Of a DNA stretch of 64,000 nucleotides, positions 36,101-50,640 are shown in pieces. A model generated the notes under the pieces. The model had not been told where the DNA came from. It made no database searches and saw nothing but the letters and a program-made list of their open reading frames with translations. Position numbers and translations under genes: made by a program. The stretch comes from Dimorphilus gyrociliatus. Its lineage: Eukaryota; Animalia; Annelida. The first letter of the stretch is position 1. Each line of letters starts with the position of its first letter. The DNA lies in the NCBI GenBank assembly GCA_904063045.1, contig CAJFCJ010000020.1:1542916-1606915 (forward strand). Direction: 5' to 3'.

Positions 36101-39100
36101 TATAAGCTTCTTATCTGCTATTGTTTTGTTTAATATTTGATTAAAAAAAAAAAACAAAAAAATAAGAATCTAAACGAACTTTGTCAAAAATAGGAGTATG
36201 ATCATTTATATCTATGATGTTAATTGTTACTGTAGCAGTAGAAGATAGTTGAGGTTTACCATTGTCAGAAACAACAACTCTAATAATAGATTGGTCTATC
36301 TTTTCTCTATCTAATAAGGTTCTAGTGCGTAGAATTCCTTTAAAATACAAAAATGAATACTTTTGAACGATATTTTTTGTGTGATTTTAAATACCATTCT
36401 TGTCCACCACAAACAAGCCAGGTATATCCTCAAAAGTTATTCTATATGAATCTAAGTGATCAAATGGATCAGTCGCAGTCACAGTTCCCACATAATAACC
36501 TGCATCTTGATTCTCCAGAACAGAAAAATAAAGATTTCGGTTCGTAGGTGTCCAGGGACTTGGAAATTTTGGAGCTATTTCATTTCGTCTTATTATCGTT
36601 ATATCTAAAACTCCAATTCCTGTTTGTTCTTCTCTTTCTATGTCAGAAGCTTGTATAGTTAAACGAATTCGACTAATTTCACTATTTTCTAAACTCTTTA
36701 TTAACGATACTCGTCCATTTTCATCAATTTTAAAATATTCTTGAGTCAGGTTGTTTTGAACAAGTTGTCCAAATCTGTTCCAAGCCAGTGTTGGCTCTAT
36801 AAACTTGTAAGAGAGAATTGTATTGTCCATATCAATGGCTTCCATTTGCTTAATAACAGATGATACTTGGATACCTAATAGCAAGTTAATTACTCTTTTA
36901 GGTAATCTTAATTCTCTTTAAAATTGGACTAACTTCTTTCTATACTTATCCTTGTTGTAATTGGATTAAAATACGGATATTTGTTATTCCTATCTTGAAT
37001 ATTTACTGATAAGGTTGCGGTTGCTGTCTTTTGCGGTTGTCCCCTATCAGTTGCAAGAATCTGTAGAGTAAGCGATCACAACATGTTAGGAACTGTTCTT
37101 AATTTATTGAGACACCCTCTAATAATCCAGCTAATGAGAAAATGATAGATACCGTTATTAAGTAGTTTTTGTTGCGATCAAAATCCAGATGATTAGTAAC
37201 TCGAACTTGTCCATCTTGAGTAATATTAAAGTCACCTCTGCTTCCATTTCCGATACTATAGATGAATCAGTCGAGTAATTATGCTAATTACAAACAAAAA
37301 TAGATGCAGAAATTCTTTCAATTACCGATAATCAATCTGGCTTGGTAGGTCTTCATCAGTGGCTTCAAATTGAGCTATTCTTTCTCCTATGAGAAAGATT
37401 AGATTATGAAAAAACAGATTTATTTATATAAATATGATTACCTAAATTAACTGTTTCATTAACTAAAACATTTATTACAGTGTCTTTGAAGACAGGAACA
37501 GCCTCATTTACATTCTAAACAGAAGACAAAAGAACGTTAAAAATCGGAGACTTCTTAGATTATCCCCTATTGCTAGCAAAATTACAAACCATTACGTTAA
37601 TTTCTACCAAAGCCGAAGCTACATTTTTTCCATCAGTAACTCTAATTGTTAATGTATAGCTATGTATAAAAAAGAACATTCTAAATTATAATCTATATAA
37701 AAAACTCAATCTATTACAAACATTCCATTTTTGGATGATTCGTAGTCCAAAGGTTTAATCAAGGTCAATTTTCCCGTTAATGAATTGATATTAAAAGAAT
37801 TGGCCACATCTGAATTTATAATCGAATATACTAATTGGCTGTCCTCATCTTTATCGATTGCTTTCAAATTAAGAGGTGGATCTAGTCTTATAGTTCCTTC
37901 TCTGGTGTAAGCTGTATATTTCGTTGCAAGGAATTTTGGCTTTTCATCATTCGCGTTAATAACATTTATCAAAAGAAGTGTTGTTTGAGATTGCCCTTTG
38001 TTATTTTTTGCAATAAGATTTAAGTTATAACTAGTCTTTTGCTCATAGTCTATACAATTCGATTTTCCTGGTAAAGGGCAAAATTTTACCCTAATTTCAC
38101 CATTATCTTCGCCAATTTCAAATAAGCTAGCACCATTACCAATTAATTCATACTTCACATTGTCAACAGGTAACTATTACGAAAATATTTAAAGAAAAGT
38201 TAAAATCATAGAATTAATTCCTTACTTTAATAATTGTTACAAGAGACCCCCCTTCTGCATTTTCTTGAATGTCCACTGTATAAGATTCTTCCTGGAAACT
38301 TGGTAATTGCTGAAAACCTGACTTTATTTTAAGTAGAATCGTAGCTTTGCTCAATGGCGAAGAAATTGGAGTAACTGATTTAGTTTCTCTAGCTTCTAAT
38401 TCTAGCGTATAAGATTTTGCAGCAGAAATCAACTTTGTAGCATTTCTTATTTGAATTTTTGACAATAGGTTATTTATTCCTTCGTTTGGAATAACTTGAA
38501 ACATGTCATCAAAGTTTAATAAGAAAATCTTAAAATGACCATTAATAGAACTATCAGGATCAGTTACATTCAGGAAGACTCGGGGTAAAAAATAACCATC
38601 AGTTATTTTGCTAGCTTCAAGCTCAATTTCATAGTTAGTTTTTTTAAATTCTGTAATCAAATAGAATTTTATAAATATTTTATGTATCTCTTGAGCTAAA
38701 ATCAATTCTCTTTTACTTGGAGCATTGTCGTTTTGATCAACAATGGTCAGAGTGATCTCTGTACGGGTTTGCGTTAATTCATCATTACCTAAGCCACCAC
38801 CCTCAAGCACTTCTCTAGCCTTGAAAAAAGTCACCTTTATCTACAAAAAGATTCTCTAAAGAATACTCACTAATATTGGAATAATTACAAATCCGTTATT
38901 AAGTCTTATATTTTCTCTGTCCATCGGCCTTCTTGGACTAAGATTTCCTGTAACTGGATCCAAGTTGAACATATCCACTGTATTAAAATGTGAAAATAAT
39001 TATATCGATTGAGTGCTTGTTTGATATTTGATATGTTTTGTTAACAAGAAATGCGTTAAAAGCGTCAAAGCTTTATCAGAAGATTTAGATGAAAAATACT

Positions 39101-40786
39101 ATAATAACAGTCTATATTTTGCAGAATTTATGCTGCCTCTATGAGGAAGAGACTGAGTTATACCTGCTTTATTTTGAATGATTTCAGAGCAATATAAACC
39201 TTTAAATATAGTTATTCTTATTGTAGTGAACGAATTTAGTCTAAGTAAGAATTTTTAAATAAACGTATGTCTTACAAGTGAATTCTGGTTCAAGGAAGTA
39301 TCGAATTGGTCTTTCGCCATCTCCATCAACAGCCTGAATGGTCATAAAAGATTTACCTACAGGATAATTCTCTTCAATTGCATATGTAAGCATTGGAAGA
39401 AATTTCGGTGGTGTATCCTGAACATTTAGAACTCGAACGGGGATACTTGTTAATCGAGTGTTTATTCCATCCTATATTAATAGTTTAATTTAATAAGTTT
39501 GTTTATATAGGACAATTCAAAAAATTATTACTGTGGCTCTCAAAACGAGCTGGTATGACTTTCTCTTCTCATAATCTAGAGATTTCAAGAGATGAATATC
39601 TCCAGTCCATGTTGTGTTTGTTACTGAAGTTTGAACAATTTCAAAAGTTTCGCACGCCTCCTTCTATAAATAATTTATGTTGTGTATTTAACCAAACAAA
39701 TAAGCAATTGATACTCTTAGTTTTTCCATAATTAATAAAAGAAATATTTACTGGTTGATAACATTCAACTTGTAATAAACTATCGATTTCTTCTTCATCC
39801 TTAACAATGACATTTGCTAGTACAGTTCTATTGATCTCTGTGTCCTAGATTGAAAATTTATTTACGTTGTTATATACATTGTTTATTGATCTTTTTTCAT
39901 ATGGAAGACATGAATAACTCACTTCTCTGACATCTATACTATATGAATCAGACTGAAAAACTGGTAATTCGTCGTTTACGTTTATAACATGTACTATAAC
40001 ATTTTCAGTCGTCTAGATGTTAAACATGTAAGAAAAGAAAAGGAAATAATATGTACAATATATATTGAGAGATGCTATATTTCTTACATTAATTTTGCCA
40101 TCTGACACCCACACTGTTACTGAGTATTCTTTCTTTTTCTAAAGTGAACAAACAAGTTTAGTTCCGCTTTTTAATGATTAATTTAAGAATTCATATGTAA
40201 ATAAAAAAGTTTACTTCGTAATCAAGCGCCCCCTTCAGAAACACTTGACTGGATCCAGGAGGTTTAACTTCGAATACAGATGACTTAATTCCATACTGTA
40301 ATTTGTCGTTATTAGCGTCCGACGCTTCTAGTTCGTAGACTTGACCTGTATTTTATTTGCTGTACAATTTTATTGCTATTATTATATTTCCTATAATTTC
40401 CTCTAGTTTACACATCGAAAGAAATAAATTAAGGTGGAAATTATAAGTGAATTACAAAATAAAATAATAAATGAACAAGAAAGGATTTTCTTTTGATAAT
40501 TAGAAAAATACAAATGAGACTATTTTACTGATAAATTACCTATTTCTGTATTCTCTTGGAGAGAGAAATTTTCCATAAATCTTTTCAATTTGGGCGCCTC
40601 GTTTTGAGAAAATATAGCACCTGTATCAAAATAATATAAAGTATAGTTTATACTGTATAAATTAATTTTAAAGAGAATATCTGTTAATTGACTATAGTGT
40701 ATTTGATATACATAGAATTATAAAGACTAAATAAAATAATTACCTATACTATTAAGAAAAATCAGTGTGATTATTGTTTTATCCAT
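33172..40786 (-). CDS. Large non-classical cadherin A (Cad87A/CDH23/CDHR-like): signal peptide, more than ten EC repeats, membrane-adjacent domain, TM, cytoplasmic tail
   Basis: Start MDKTIITLIFLNSI|GAIFSQNEAPKL..LPENTEIG; repeated LDYE/LDRE, DXNDN/DXDDH, A.D.D motifs; DVQDTPPKF linker; TM LWVLLAVILIFIIWTLLSFIILF followed by CCCCCRK; last exon 33172-33600. Confidence 0.88.
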
Positions 40787-41466
40787 TTCCAACTTCCTCC
40801 CTCCGATTCGATCTATTTATGTGTACTGAAGGAATATGATTATTAATTATACAGTTGACTTGCTAAAGCTCAAACAAGTCACTTCAAAGGATCTGCCGTA
40901 TCCCTTAAAATAATATTAAAACACGTTCAATAAACAATTTTGGCCGTCCTCTCAGTATTTACTGACAGTTCACTGTTGAAGAAAACAATACGTCTTGTAT
41001 ATTTCGTAAGAGAAAAGCTTGGTAAGATAGGAACGAAAATAGGATGATGCAAAACGAACAGATATGTTCACGATATAACAATAAAAGAAATCTGTCGTTG
41101 ATTTTCCTATTTTTTAGTCCTTTTTACTTCGTCATTCCGTAGTTATATTAATAAGAAATCGAATTCTATCCAAAGTTTAAAAAAAAGTATCGTTCGATGA
41201 TAATTATTCATTTCATAAAAATGTTCCAAAAAAGAACAAGAATGAAATGACTTCAACGCCCTCTTTGAACAGTTAGGATAAAAATAAATGCGTCTGAAAT
41301 AGAAAAAAAGAGTATATTTGGAATCGATAGCTCTCTCTCTGTTCAATCGATTCAACCCGCGTGCAGTGCATGAAATTTGTTATTAATAAAAAAATTTTTT
41401 TAAAAGAATAATCAAGGTATAAACAACGAAAAATGTCGAAACTTGATTAAAGTTAATTTACTGCAA
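40787..41466. promoter_or_regulatory. Putative bidirectional promoter between the two cadherin genes
   Basis: Predicted ATGs at 40786 (-) and 41467 (+) are 680 bp apart. Confidence 0.5.
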
Positions 41467-44400
41467 ATGACATACATTATTCAAGCCGCGTCCGTTCACG
41501 TATTTCTACGGATCCTATTATTGTTGTATTCTCAAAGTAAGTTTGTAATTCATCTTCTTTTCCTCTATCTATTTCTCTTTTATTCTTATTATCAACTCCT
41601 CTTTCATTTCATTCTTCTTAATAATGTGATTTTTCATTAAATTGCCTATTTAACGTTTCGTTACCGCTATAACCCGACTCTGATCAGAATGATTAAATAT
41701 TCCAGTCATATATTGGTTTATTAGTATTATTAGTATGATTGCTAGTTTTAGTATTAAGATTGATAATATAATTTAATAAGTATGTGTTTTATTTTATTTT
41801 ATTAATTAATCAACAAAAGGAGGATATTGTCAAGGTAATCAAAGGCCAATATGGATAGAGACTTTACAACAAGAACTTCAAAATAATGGAATATTAGAAA
41901 ATAAGCCTGAAGGTTGTATTCTTTGTAATTATTATTTCTTTTTTTTTAATACTCGTGACCTTATGAGAATTTTCTCTTTTCTTTCGCCTAAAGGAAGTGT
42001 CTTAGGACAATTAATAGCAAGAGATGCAGCGGGCGATAATCCGGTCTTTTATAGTATATCAGCTGATGTTATCGACCTACTCAGCGTCGACAGAGATTTG
42101 GGTACGGTGAAATTATTGAGGAAATTAGATAGAGAAGTTAGGCCTAATTTTTCTCTTGAAGCTCTCTTTTTACAGAACTATTTGATAAAGACTTTTTTCT
42201 TTAATTTTTTAGACTAAAGCTGAAATTCCAGTTACATTTTTCGCTGAATCTAGAGATGGTTTACGTTCACCTGTAGCTTATTCTATTAAAGTATTAGATG
42301 AAAATGACAATGCTCCCACTTTCATTGGTGCACCATACACGACGTCGATTAGCGAAGTAAGCCGTCTCTTTTGCGATTTCTTTGAAAACTAATTCTGATT
42401 AATTGGTTTATTTTATCGTTTTTTCTCTCTTTCATTTCTTCTTTTTAAACTTAGTCAATGGATTTGGGCGACCCTGTTTTTACCGAGATTAGAATTCGTG
42501 ATGATGACGAGGGAAAGAATTCTGAAATTACATTAACTTGCGATAATTCTCGTTTAGATACAACCTGTGATATCTTTGATTTGAAGCTTAATAGCCTAGG
42601 AGTGGGTGACTATAGAGGAACAGTAATTCTTCGGAAAAAAATTGACTATGAAAAACAGAAAAAATATCGTATAAAATTGACTGCTAGGGTAGAACAGTCT
42701 TATTCGTAATAGCTATATACAAATTTCGTCTTTAACAACAAGTTATCTTATTTTGAAGGATGGAGGCTCTCCTACACAAAAAACAACTATAGAGCTGCTA
42801 GTAAACGTACAAGACGAGCAAGACACTCCCCCGCGTTTCTTAAATACTCCTTTATCACTTATAGTAAGTGAAAATCTACCAAAGGTATGCTACACTCGTG
42901 TTTCTAAAAATACTTTCCATTGTTTACTTATACAATAAAAAAAGTATTAAGAAGGTGGAAAATATATTGAATTATTACATCATTAGTCATCTAGCGTTGG
43001 AAGAATTATGGCAATGGATCAAGATACCGATCAACCTAACGCTATAAGGTTTTTCATCAGCGATGATTCAGAAGGTCATTTCGAAGTTAGCACCTATCAA
43101 AAAGATTCTCAAGACAATTATTATTACGCGGATATATTGACAAGAAAATCATTCGACAGAGAAAATATGAGTGACGTTGTGTATGACTTTATTATTACGG
43201 TTAGTCGCATCAGTCCATTTTCTCTCATATAATCTATATATTTGTTGATATAATGTATATGTTTGTTCTGCGAAAATCTAGGCACAAGAAATTCGAGGTA
43301 ATAGTATCGGAGCATCCGAAAGCACGAAAGTGATTGTTCTTGTGACTGATAGCAACGACAATTATCCAATATTCAATAGGGTATAAGCTATATACATGCT
43401 TCTGATATTATTTTAGTTTTTCCCTGAAAATTTATATTCTTTGAAATTTTCATTTCAGAAAGAAACGGAGATTAAAGTTTCAGAAAATATGGAACTCTAC
43501 GACACAGTAAACGACCTAAATGTAACTGTCACCGACCGAGATCAAGTAAACATTTTTCTTAAATCTCATTTCTTATTTGCTGCATAAATACTGCCGTAAA
43601 CCATAAAAAATTTTAAAAGAATTTGGTATATTATTAACGTGTGCTAATATACTAATATATATATATATATTAGTATATATAAAACAATTTACAAGCAAAT
43701 AGCAAATTCTACATATTCCTATTATATGAGCTCCTATTTTATCTATAACAGGGCCCGAACTCTTTAATCGAAATTTCTGGAAATAGTACAGTTTTTATTG
43801 AATATCCTCGAATAATACAAGGAAGTGGAGCTATATCATTGAGGGTGTTTAGACCTACTGTATTAGACTACGAAAGGCCAGGAGCAGCTCATACTATACC
43901 AATACTAGTGAATTATTGAAACTTTTTCCACTCTTATTATAACTTTATAAGACTTTCTATGTCATCCATTAACAGTTGACTGCAAGAGAGTTAAATACAA
44001 AAGAGAGATACTCTTCAACTTGTATAGTGACCGTTCATGTCATTAATGAAAATGACAATTCACCGGTATTCTCAGCTAAAAACTACTCAGTATCGATCAG
44101 GAAGGATAGACAGAAAGGCGATGAATTGATTACAGTTTCCGTACGTTTAGGCTAAGAGATGACAGAGAATGAGTTTTAAACAAAATCATTTTCTTTTTAT
44201 AGGCTACAGATAAGGATGAGGGAAAATTTGGTAGAATTACATATTCTTTTCTTCCTTCTCCCTTGACAAATCTATTTCAAATAAATGAACTAAATGGAGA
44301 AATTTTGGTTAGTAAATCATTAAAAGGCCTGGAGAATACAATTTTATATGTCCAAGCAAGAGATGGAGGGGGGAGAACTGAAAAAGTCCCATTGTTTTTA

Positions 44401-47400
44401 ACAATCCTAATCGACGATCCCTTGGCTCCGGAATTCGAATACGATTCATATTTTACAACGGCCGAGGAGGGTACTCGCATTTTAAGTCCTCCCGTGACCG
44501 TTTCTGCATCAAAAAGAAACACTAAGAAAGATCCTGTTAACTACTTTTTTCGAACCTCGGTCGGAGATTTTTTTTTCTTAAACCGTACTTCTGGAGAATT
44601 AGGCATATCATCACCTTTACCGTATCCAGAAACCGGAAGCTATCTTATAACGATAGGAGCTCGTCACGGAATTGAGAACGTGACAAGTTTCGTAAATGTT
44701 ACAATTATAGTTCGTAATGTCAATGATAATTCACCGATCTTCACTAAAAATTTCTATCAAACAAGTGTATCCGAATTAGCTGCACCTGGTCTGTACAGAG
44801 TACTCATTTTTCATTTACCCAAATAACCAAAAAACTGTCTATTTTGCCAATAGGTACTACAGTAATTCAGATTGAGGCAAGCGACGATGACGTGGGAGAA
44901 GATGGAAAAGTTACCTATTATATTGAGTCCGGAGGCAAAGACAACTTTCGGCTAAATTCCACAACTGGTATATTGACTGTATCGGACATGTCTCGTCTGA
45001 ATAGAGAAAACTTTGGAGAAGAATATATTTTAACTGTTAGGGATATAAAATCATATATTTACTATAAGAGTACTTAATTTCCTCTTCTAACTATTTATAG
45101 ATAATTGCTACGGATGGTGGCTCACCATCTCGGACATCGAGTTCTTCCGTGTCAATACAAGTCCTGGATGAAAATAATCAAGCTCCAAAATTTTCCCAGG
45201 ACATCTACTTCTCTTCCCTTTCCCAAGGTAGTATATAAAAAATATATACAAATACTGTAAATATAATTTACTTGTAATACTATCGATATTCTCAATCAGA
45301 TGCTTCGAAGGGAACTCTAGTGGCGACTGTATCTGCTACCGACTCTGATCTAAACGCTGATGTTCAGTATACTATTATACCATCTCAATTTCGTGCAAAG
45401 AACCTTAATGGTCAAGAATTCGAATTGCCTTTCAATTATGTAATTAATCATAAAATTAACTTTTCTCCTTTATTTCATGCAATATTAATTATTTTATACG
45501 ATAGGACTCATTCGAGTTACGTACTAATGGTCAGGTATTTGTAAAGGAGGATTTAAATAATCCTACTTTATCGGAAATATCCTTTCTGATCGAGGCTAGG
45601 GATTTGAATGGTATAGAACCAGAAAAACAGATTGCAACCTCCAAGGTTGTCGTGTCTTTGGAACGGCCCAAAGATAAAAGAGTAATATTTGACAGTCCAC
45701 TCACATATACAATAAAAGAGGAAGAGCCACTGAAAACAGAAATTTTCACAATAGCAGCTCGAATTATTGGGGATCCTATGGGAGGTCTTCTTTATGAAAT
45801 TTTACCAGATACTGATCCACATAGTTATTTTAAAATTGATCAGTATACCGGCAGAGTAGAGATACGGAAACGAATCGATTACGAGGAAATAAAAGGAAGA
45901 AAGCGTATAACTTTTCAAGTATCAGCGTACGGCAAAATTTTAAATGAAACAGTGAGGGGCGTAGCGAATATAATGGTTAACATTGATGATGTTAACGACA
46001 ATGTCCCAATTTTTACGAAAGATGTGAGTTTTATGTAAAATACAGTAGCATATCTTGTTTGTTGATTAGAAGAAGCTTACCTTTTTCTATTTTTACGTTC
46101 ATTTGATTACTTTCATCTACTTTTAGAGATATGTCTTTCTTGTAAAAGAAGATGTTTCATCAGCGTTACAATTGGGCAAAGTGACAGCAATCGACAAGGA
46201 CGAGGGAAAGTATGGTGAGGTCCAATATTCAATCGCCAATAGTCACGAGAAGTTTGCAATAGACCCGCTGACGGTAATTGTAATAAATCGGCCCATAAAT
46301 AAGTATAACGCTCTTAATACCTTTTATACAGGGTGCTGTTTTCTTGAAGTCTGGTTTTAGCTTAGACAGAGAAACGAAAGATTCCTATGCTTTTATAGTT
46401 CAAGCAATCGATAATTATGAACAACCTGAGTTTTTGACAAGAAAAACATCTGTATTGGTACATATTATGTCGTTTATCATATTACATTTTGTCTATACTA
46501 CAATGCTATTTTTATTTAGGTGGTTGTCAAGGTAACAGACAGTAATGACAAGTTAGTTGCTATTTCGTTCTTTGTCTTTGAAGCTAGTTATAGTTAAATG
46601 TTAATCTTTTCAGTGCTCCTCAATTTACGCAATCCAAATATGCCGTATTCATTGTAAATACGGTACCAATTGGTTATACAGTAATAAAGCTGAAGGCAAC
46701 AGACAATGATGAAGGATTAAACGCTGAAGTGCGTTACGAACTAGTTCCAAATGAAGATTTAAGTAAGCATTTTTAACCTTCAATTTTCTCAACACCCAGA
46801 AGGTCACTAATTTCTTAACCTCAAAATCTCTAGTATTTAGTCGAGAGGCTGTCGTGATCAACGAACAAACGGGATCGATCACTACGAAGGACTTGCTGAA
46901 TACATATACAAGATCTAAGCCTTACTTATTAAAATTCCGAGCATCAGATTCGGGAACACCAATGAAATCTGCGGTGGTCGAAGTGGAAGTTACAGTCAGT
47001 AATGGAGCAATAAATGACGGCTTTCCGAAATTTATTAACCCACCGTCTGACGGAAAAACAATAAATATAATTGAGGTAGATATTATATGATTTCCTGTTT
47101 TACTTTATCTTTAAAAAGCTTCCTGAGTTAAATTAACGCAAACTCTCTTCATTAGGAGCCAAAAAATAATACTAGTATCATACTTCTGAAGGCAGAAGCT
47201 TTTGGTAGCGATGGGCTCAGTATACCAATCGAATATTCATTATTACCCATTCTCTCCTCAAACAACTACGTAATTGTTGACCCTGTAACTGGACATGTTA
47301 CTACAAATGTGTTACTCGACAGAGAAGAGATCCCAGAATTTCAAGTGATTTTATTGTTTTATTAAATAATCAGATAAATCATTATTTAACGTATCGATTT

Positions 47401-49838
47401 GGAAGATTAAATTTAAGAAGAAATCCTTTTTAATCTTTAGGTGGTTGCCATTGCAACAACTGTAGATAATCGGAAGAGGGAGGCCAGAAGGTCTTTTTGG
47501 GTTAAACTTATCGACAAGGACGATAATTTTCCTTCTATTAAAGAGTGTGACCGTGTTCCCGTTAATGATCCATTGAATATTAGAGTTAAAGAAAATCGGC
47601 CACCGGGCAGTGAAATCACAAAAATAAAAGCTTGCGATCCTGATAGCGCACCGAACAATGCTATTTACTATTACATGACTTGCGGAGACACAGAAAAATT
47701 TGAAGTCGACCAATCGACTGGAGTAGTTAGAAATTTGAAGAAACTCGATAAAGAGGATAAGGCCTCTTATAAAATATGCGTAAAAGTGAGTCCCAATGCA
47801 AATAGGACTTTTTCTGGTGGAAGTCCATCGAAAACCGTTAAAAGAAATGATGAAATAACGTTAATAATTAATTTAGAAGATATAGATGAATTTGGTCCAG
47901 AATTTGATAAATCTGAAATATTTTCAACGGGGTTAAATGCTGTTTCACCTCCTGGTACGGAGATTTTGAAATTAACAGCTTCCGATAAGGATGGAATTCT
48001 CTCAGCTAAATTTCAAATAGAGGAAGTAAAATTCGATGGCCGTACGATAAAAGGTGCCATAGGAATTAATGAGAAAACCGGTCAAATATATACACTTCTT
48101 GCTAACTACTACGAATTCGCTGGTGGTGAATTTCAGGTGAAAGTAAAAGTAATCGATGAAAAAGGACGTGCAGATAAGACTTTAGTAACAGTAAGTTAAT
48201 AATTTCGTAATCTCCTTATATAACATTTAAATAAAAATCACTATTAATATATTTTTAACTCACATCACTAATTTTGCAGATTCATATATACAGACCTAGT
48301 GAAACTGTGAAGTTTATCTTTAATGACGTTCCGGAAAATGTTTTATCTTACTTGAACAACTTTTTCAGGTAATTTACATTAATAACATTACGAAAATAAT
48401 AATAATAACAATAATAATGATAATAGAAATAATAATAACAAAATAATGATAGTAATGACGATAATAATAATAACAATAAAGTATAGGAATAATAACAAGT
48501 CAGAGAATAATAAAAGTAATATATTATACAAATGATTGACTTAATATTTTACCGCTTTGGTTAATGATAATTTAATGTTTCTAATAAATAATTGTCATAA
48601 TAATGGGTAGGGTAAACTAGATAGTAAGAAAAAATTTCAATGTCAACAATTTAATTTTCTCCATTAGCGAATTAGAAAATACTGAGACTGGACTTGCAGT
48701 TTCCGCTACAGACGCTCAAATTTATCACTCGAGGAATGATTACACCAAGTATAAGCAATAACAACAATACTAAATATTATTAGCTTTAATGTATAATGTC
48801 AAAAGTCTTATGAGTTTTTACTTCTCTTTAATTACGATAGAACTACTGTTTGCGTTCCACTTGTGAAGAATAAAGTTACTCTTTCCTTATCGGACGCCCT
48901 ATCCATCGCTGAAAAGAGCTCGTTAAAGCCCATCTATAAGAAATATAACGTAATAAAAAGAGAGGTTAGTCTCTTAGTTTCACATTGTATGAAAGCATAA
49001 AAAATTTCTGTAGATGCTATTCCATTAAATTACTTCTAAAGTATACAATTACGGAAGCTAAAGAATAAAATACTGATTATTAGGGCACGTTGTTCATGTA
49101 AAACTTTCAATTGAAAACAGAAATTGATACTTATAGTTAATATTTTATATTTGTTCTATATTCTTTGCAGAGATGCATTCAGCGTTTGACGACATCTAGC
49201 TGGGAAAGTAAATCGTATTTGTGGTGGATTCTAATAGCCCAAGCTTGCGTTATCGCAATTCTATCGGTTCTAGCTAGTGTCACTTTGGAACGTTCCTACC
49301 TATCCTTCCGAAGACGATTAAGGGAATTAAATGGTAAGCATTATAGATGGCATTACCGCTTTCTTTATAATTTAACAAGAGATACAATTTAAATTACACA
49401 GAATTCCCTCCGTCAAAGTCTATGTAAGTAGGTGTAGTCATTTATGTAGTCCAATTATCATACTCGGTTATTTATAACATAAAGAAAAGGAAACTTATAG
49501 CTCTTTTACACTTTACACCGATTGTTTAAACAATTTTTTCTAAAGTACATTCTATGTAATTTATAAATAAGAAATTACTGATTGAAAAAAGAAATGTGCA
49601 TTAATGTATACATAAACGAATCTTGATAATTAAAATAAAAAAAAAATAAATGTATTATTACTTGTTAAGAAGTATTTTTATATTTCTTTTGTTCTTTATT
49701 TCTCCCCTCCTCATTTCCCTATTACTAGATATCTTTTCACCGCATCGTTTGTCTATTTTAGTCTTCTTTATTAAACTTTTTTCAACTTTTTATGTTTTTT
49801 TTTTTTGCAGGCTGAATACTCCTCGATCAAGTTTATAA
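41467..49838 (+). CDS. Large non-classical cadherin B (Cad87A/CDH23/CDHR-like) with a very short cytoplasmic tail
   Basis: Signal exon MTYIIQAASVHVFLRILLLLYSQ (donor A|GTAAGT at 41537) joins RGYCQGNQRP..LENKPEG; many LDRE/IDYE/DENDNAP/DVNDN motifs; DEQDTPPRF linker; TM YLWWILIAQACVIAILSVLASVTL; tail exons EFPPSKSM|LNTPRSSL* (stop 49836-49838). Confidence 0.88.
48400..48500. repeat. (AAT)n-rich simple repeat in a cadherin B intron
   Basis: Degenerate aataat/aacaat/aatgat run. Confidence 0.8.
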
Positions 49839-50640
49839 TTTGCTTTGTCGTGTATAAAATATTAGAGAGATTTGTTTTGTTTAAAAATATGCAACACAGC
49901 TTACAAATCGTTCTATTAACAAAGGATATTTTATATTTTCTTTCTAAATTTTTATAAATAAAATGAATTGAACATATATTGTGGAAAATATATATGTTTG
50001 TATGTTTGACATATGTGTAATAAAACGAACAATAACAAGCGTAACAATTAAAGTGTATGTTTAGGGAAACTTTTCAGGGAAAGCATTAAAGGTAAGGAAA
50101 AAGATATAAGAGGAAAAAGTCGAGAAGTTATAAGAGTAAAGAGAAAGTAAGAAAAGAATAAGAAGAAGTAGAAAATATCAATTGAACCGAAATCGATTGG
50201 TTTAAGTATATATGCGCTACGTGAAGACAAGAAATCAATCGGTTCATACAGATATTGTTAGTGTTTTATGACCTATAAGCGCAATCTAATTAACAATGTC
50301 GTGTTTGTACATCAAAAATTAATAACATATAAGTCTATAAAAGGATATAGCGGAAATATTAAGAGTAATTTGTTTAAGACGACTCCCTCCTTCCCCTACG
50401 TTATTTTTTTTCTAGCAGCATAGAATTTCAAAACAGAAATAACGCCTCTAATGTTTTTTCAATGTAAATATAGGTATATATTTAAAAGTGAAATGACTTA
50501 AAAAATAAGCATATACATATGTATACAGTATACATATATATAAAACTTTAAAACGTATATAGAATTTGTTAATATAATTGTAAATAGTTAGAGAATATAG
50601 AAATTCATAATACAGCTGTAAAAAATAAAAACGTTTGTCT

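Noticed and set aside
39155-39200. Possible alternative micro-exon in a 290-nt cadherin A intron
   Set aside because: AG/GT boundaries exist, but the flanking exons already join in frame and the peptide has no cadherin character; unsupported without RNA data.
43647-43678. Perfect AT-rich hairpin atatactaa(ta)n ttagtatat in a cadherin B intron; also the 16-bp palindrome tagtttctagaaacta at 56501-56516
   Set aside because: Short, low-complexity palindromes are expected in AT-rich DNA; no TSD or second copy seen.
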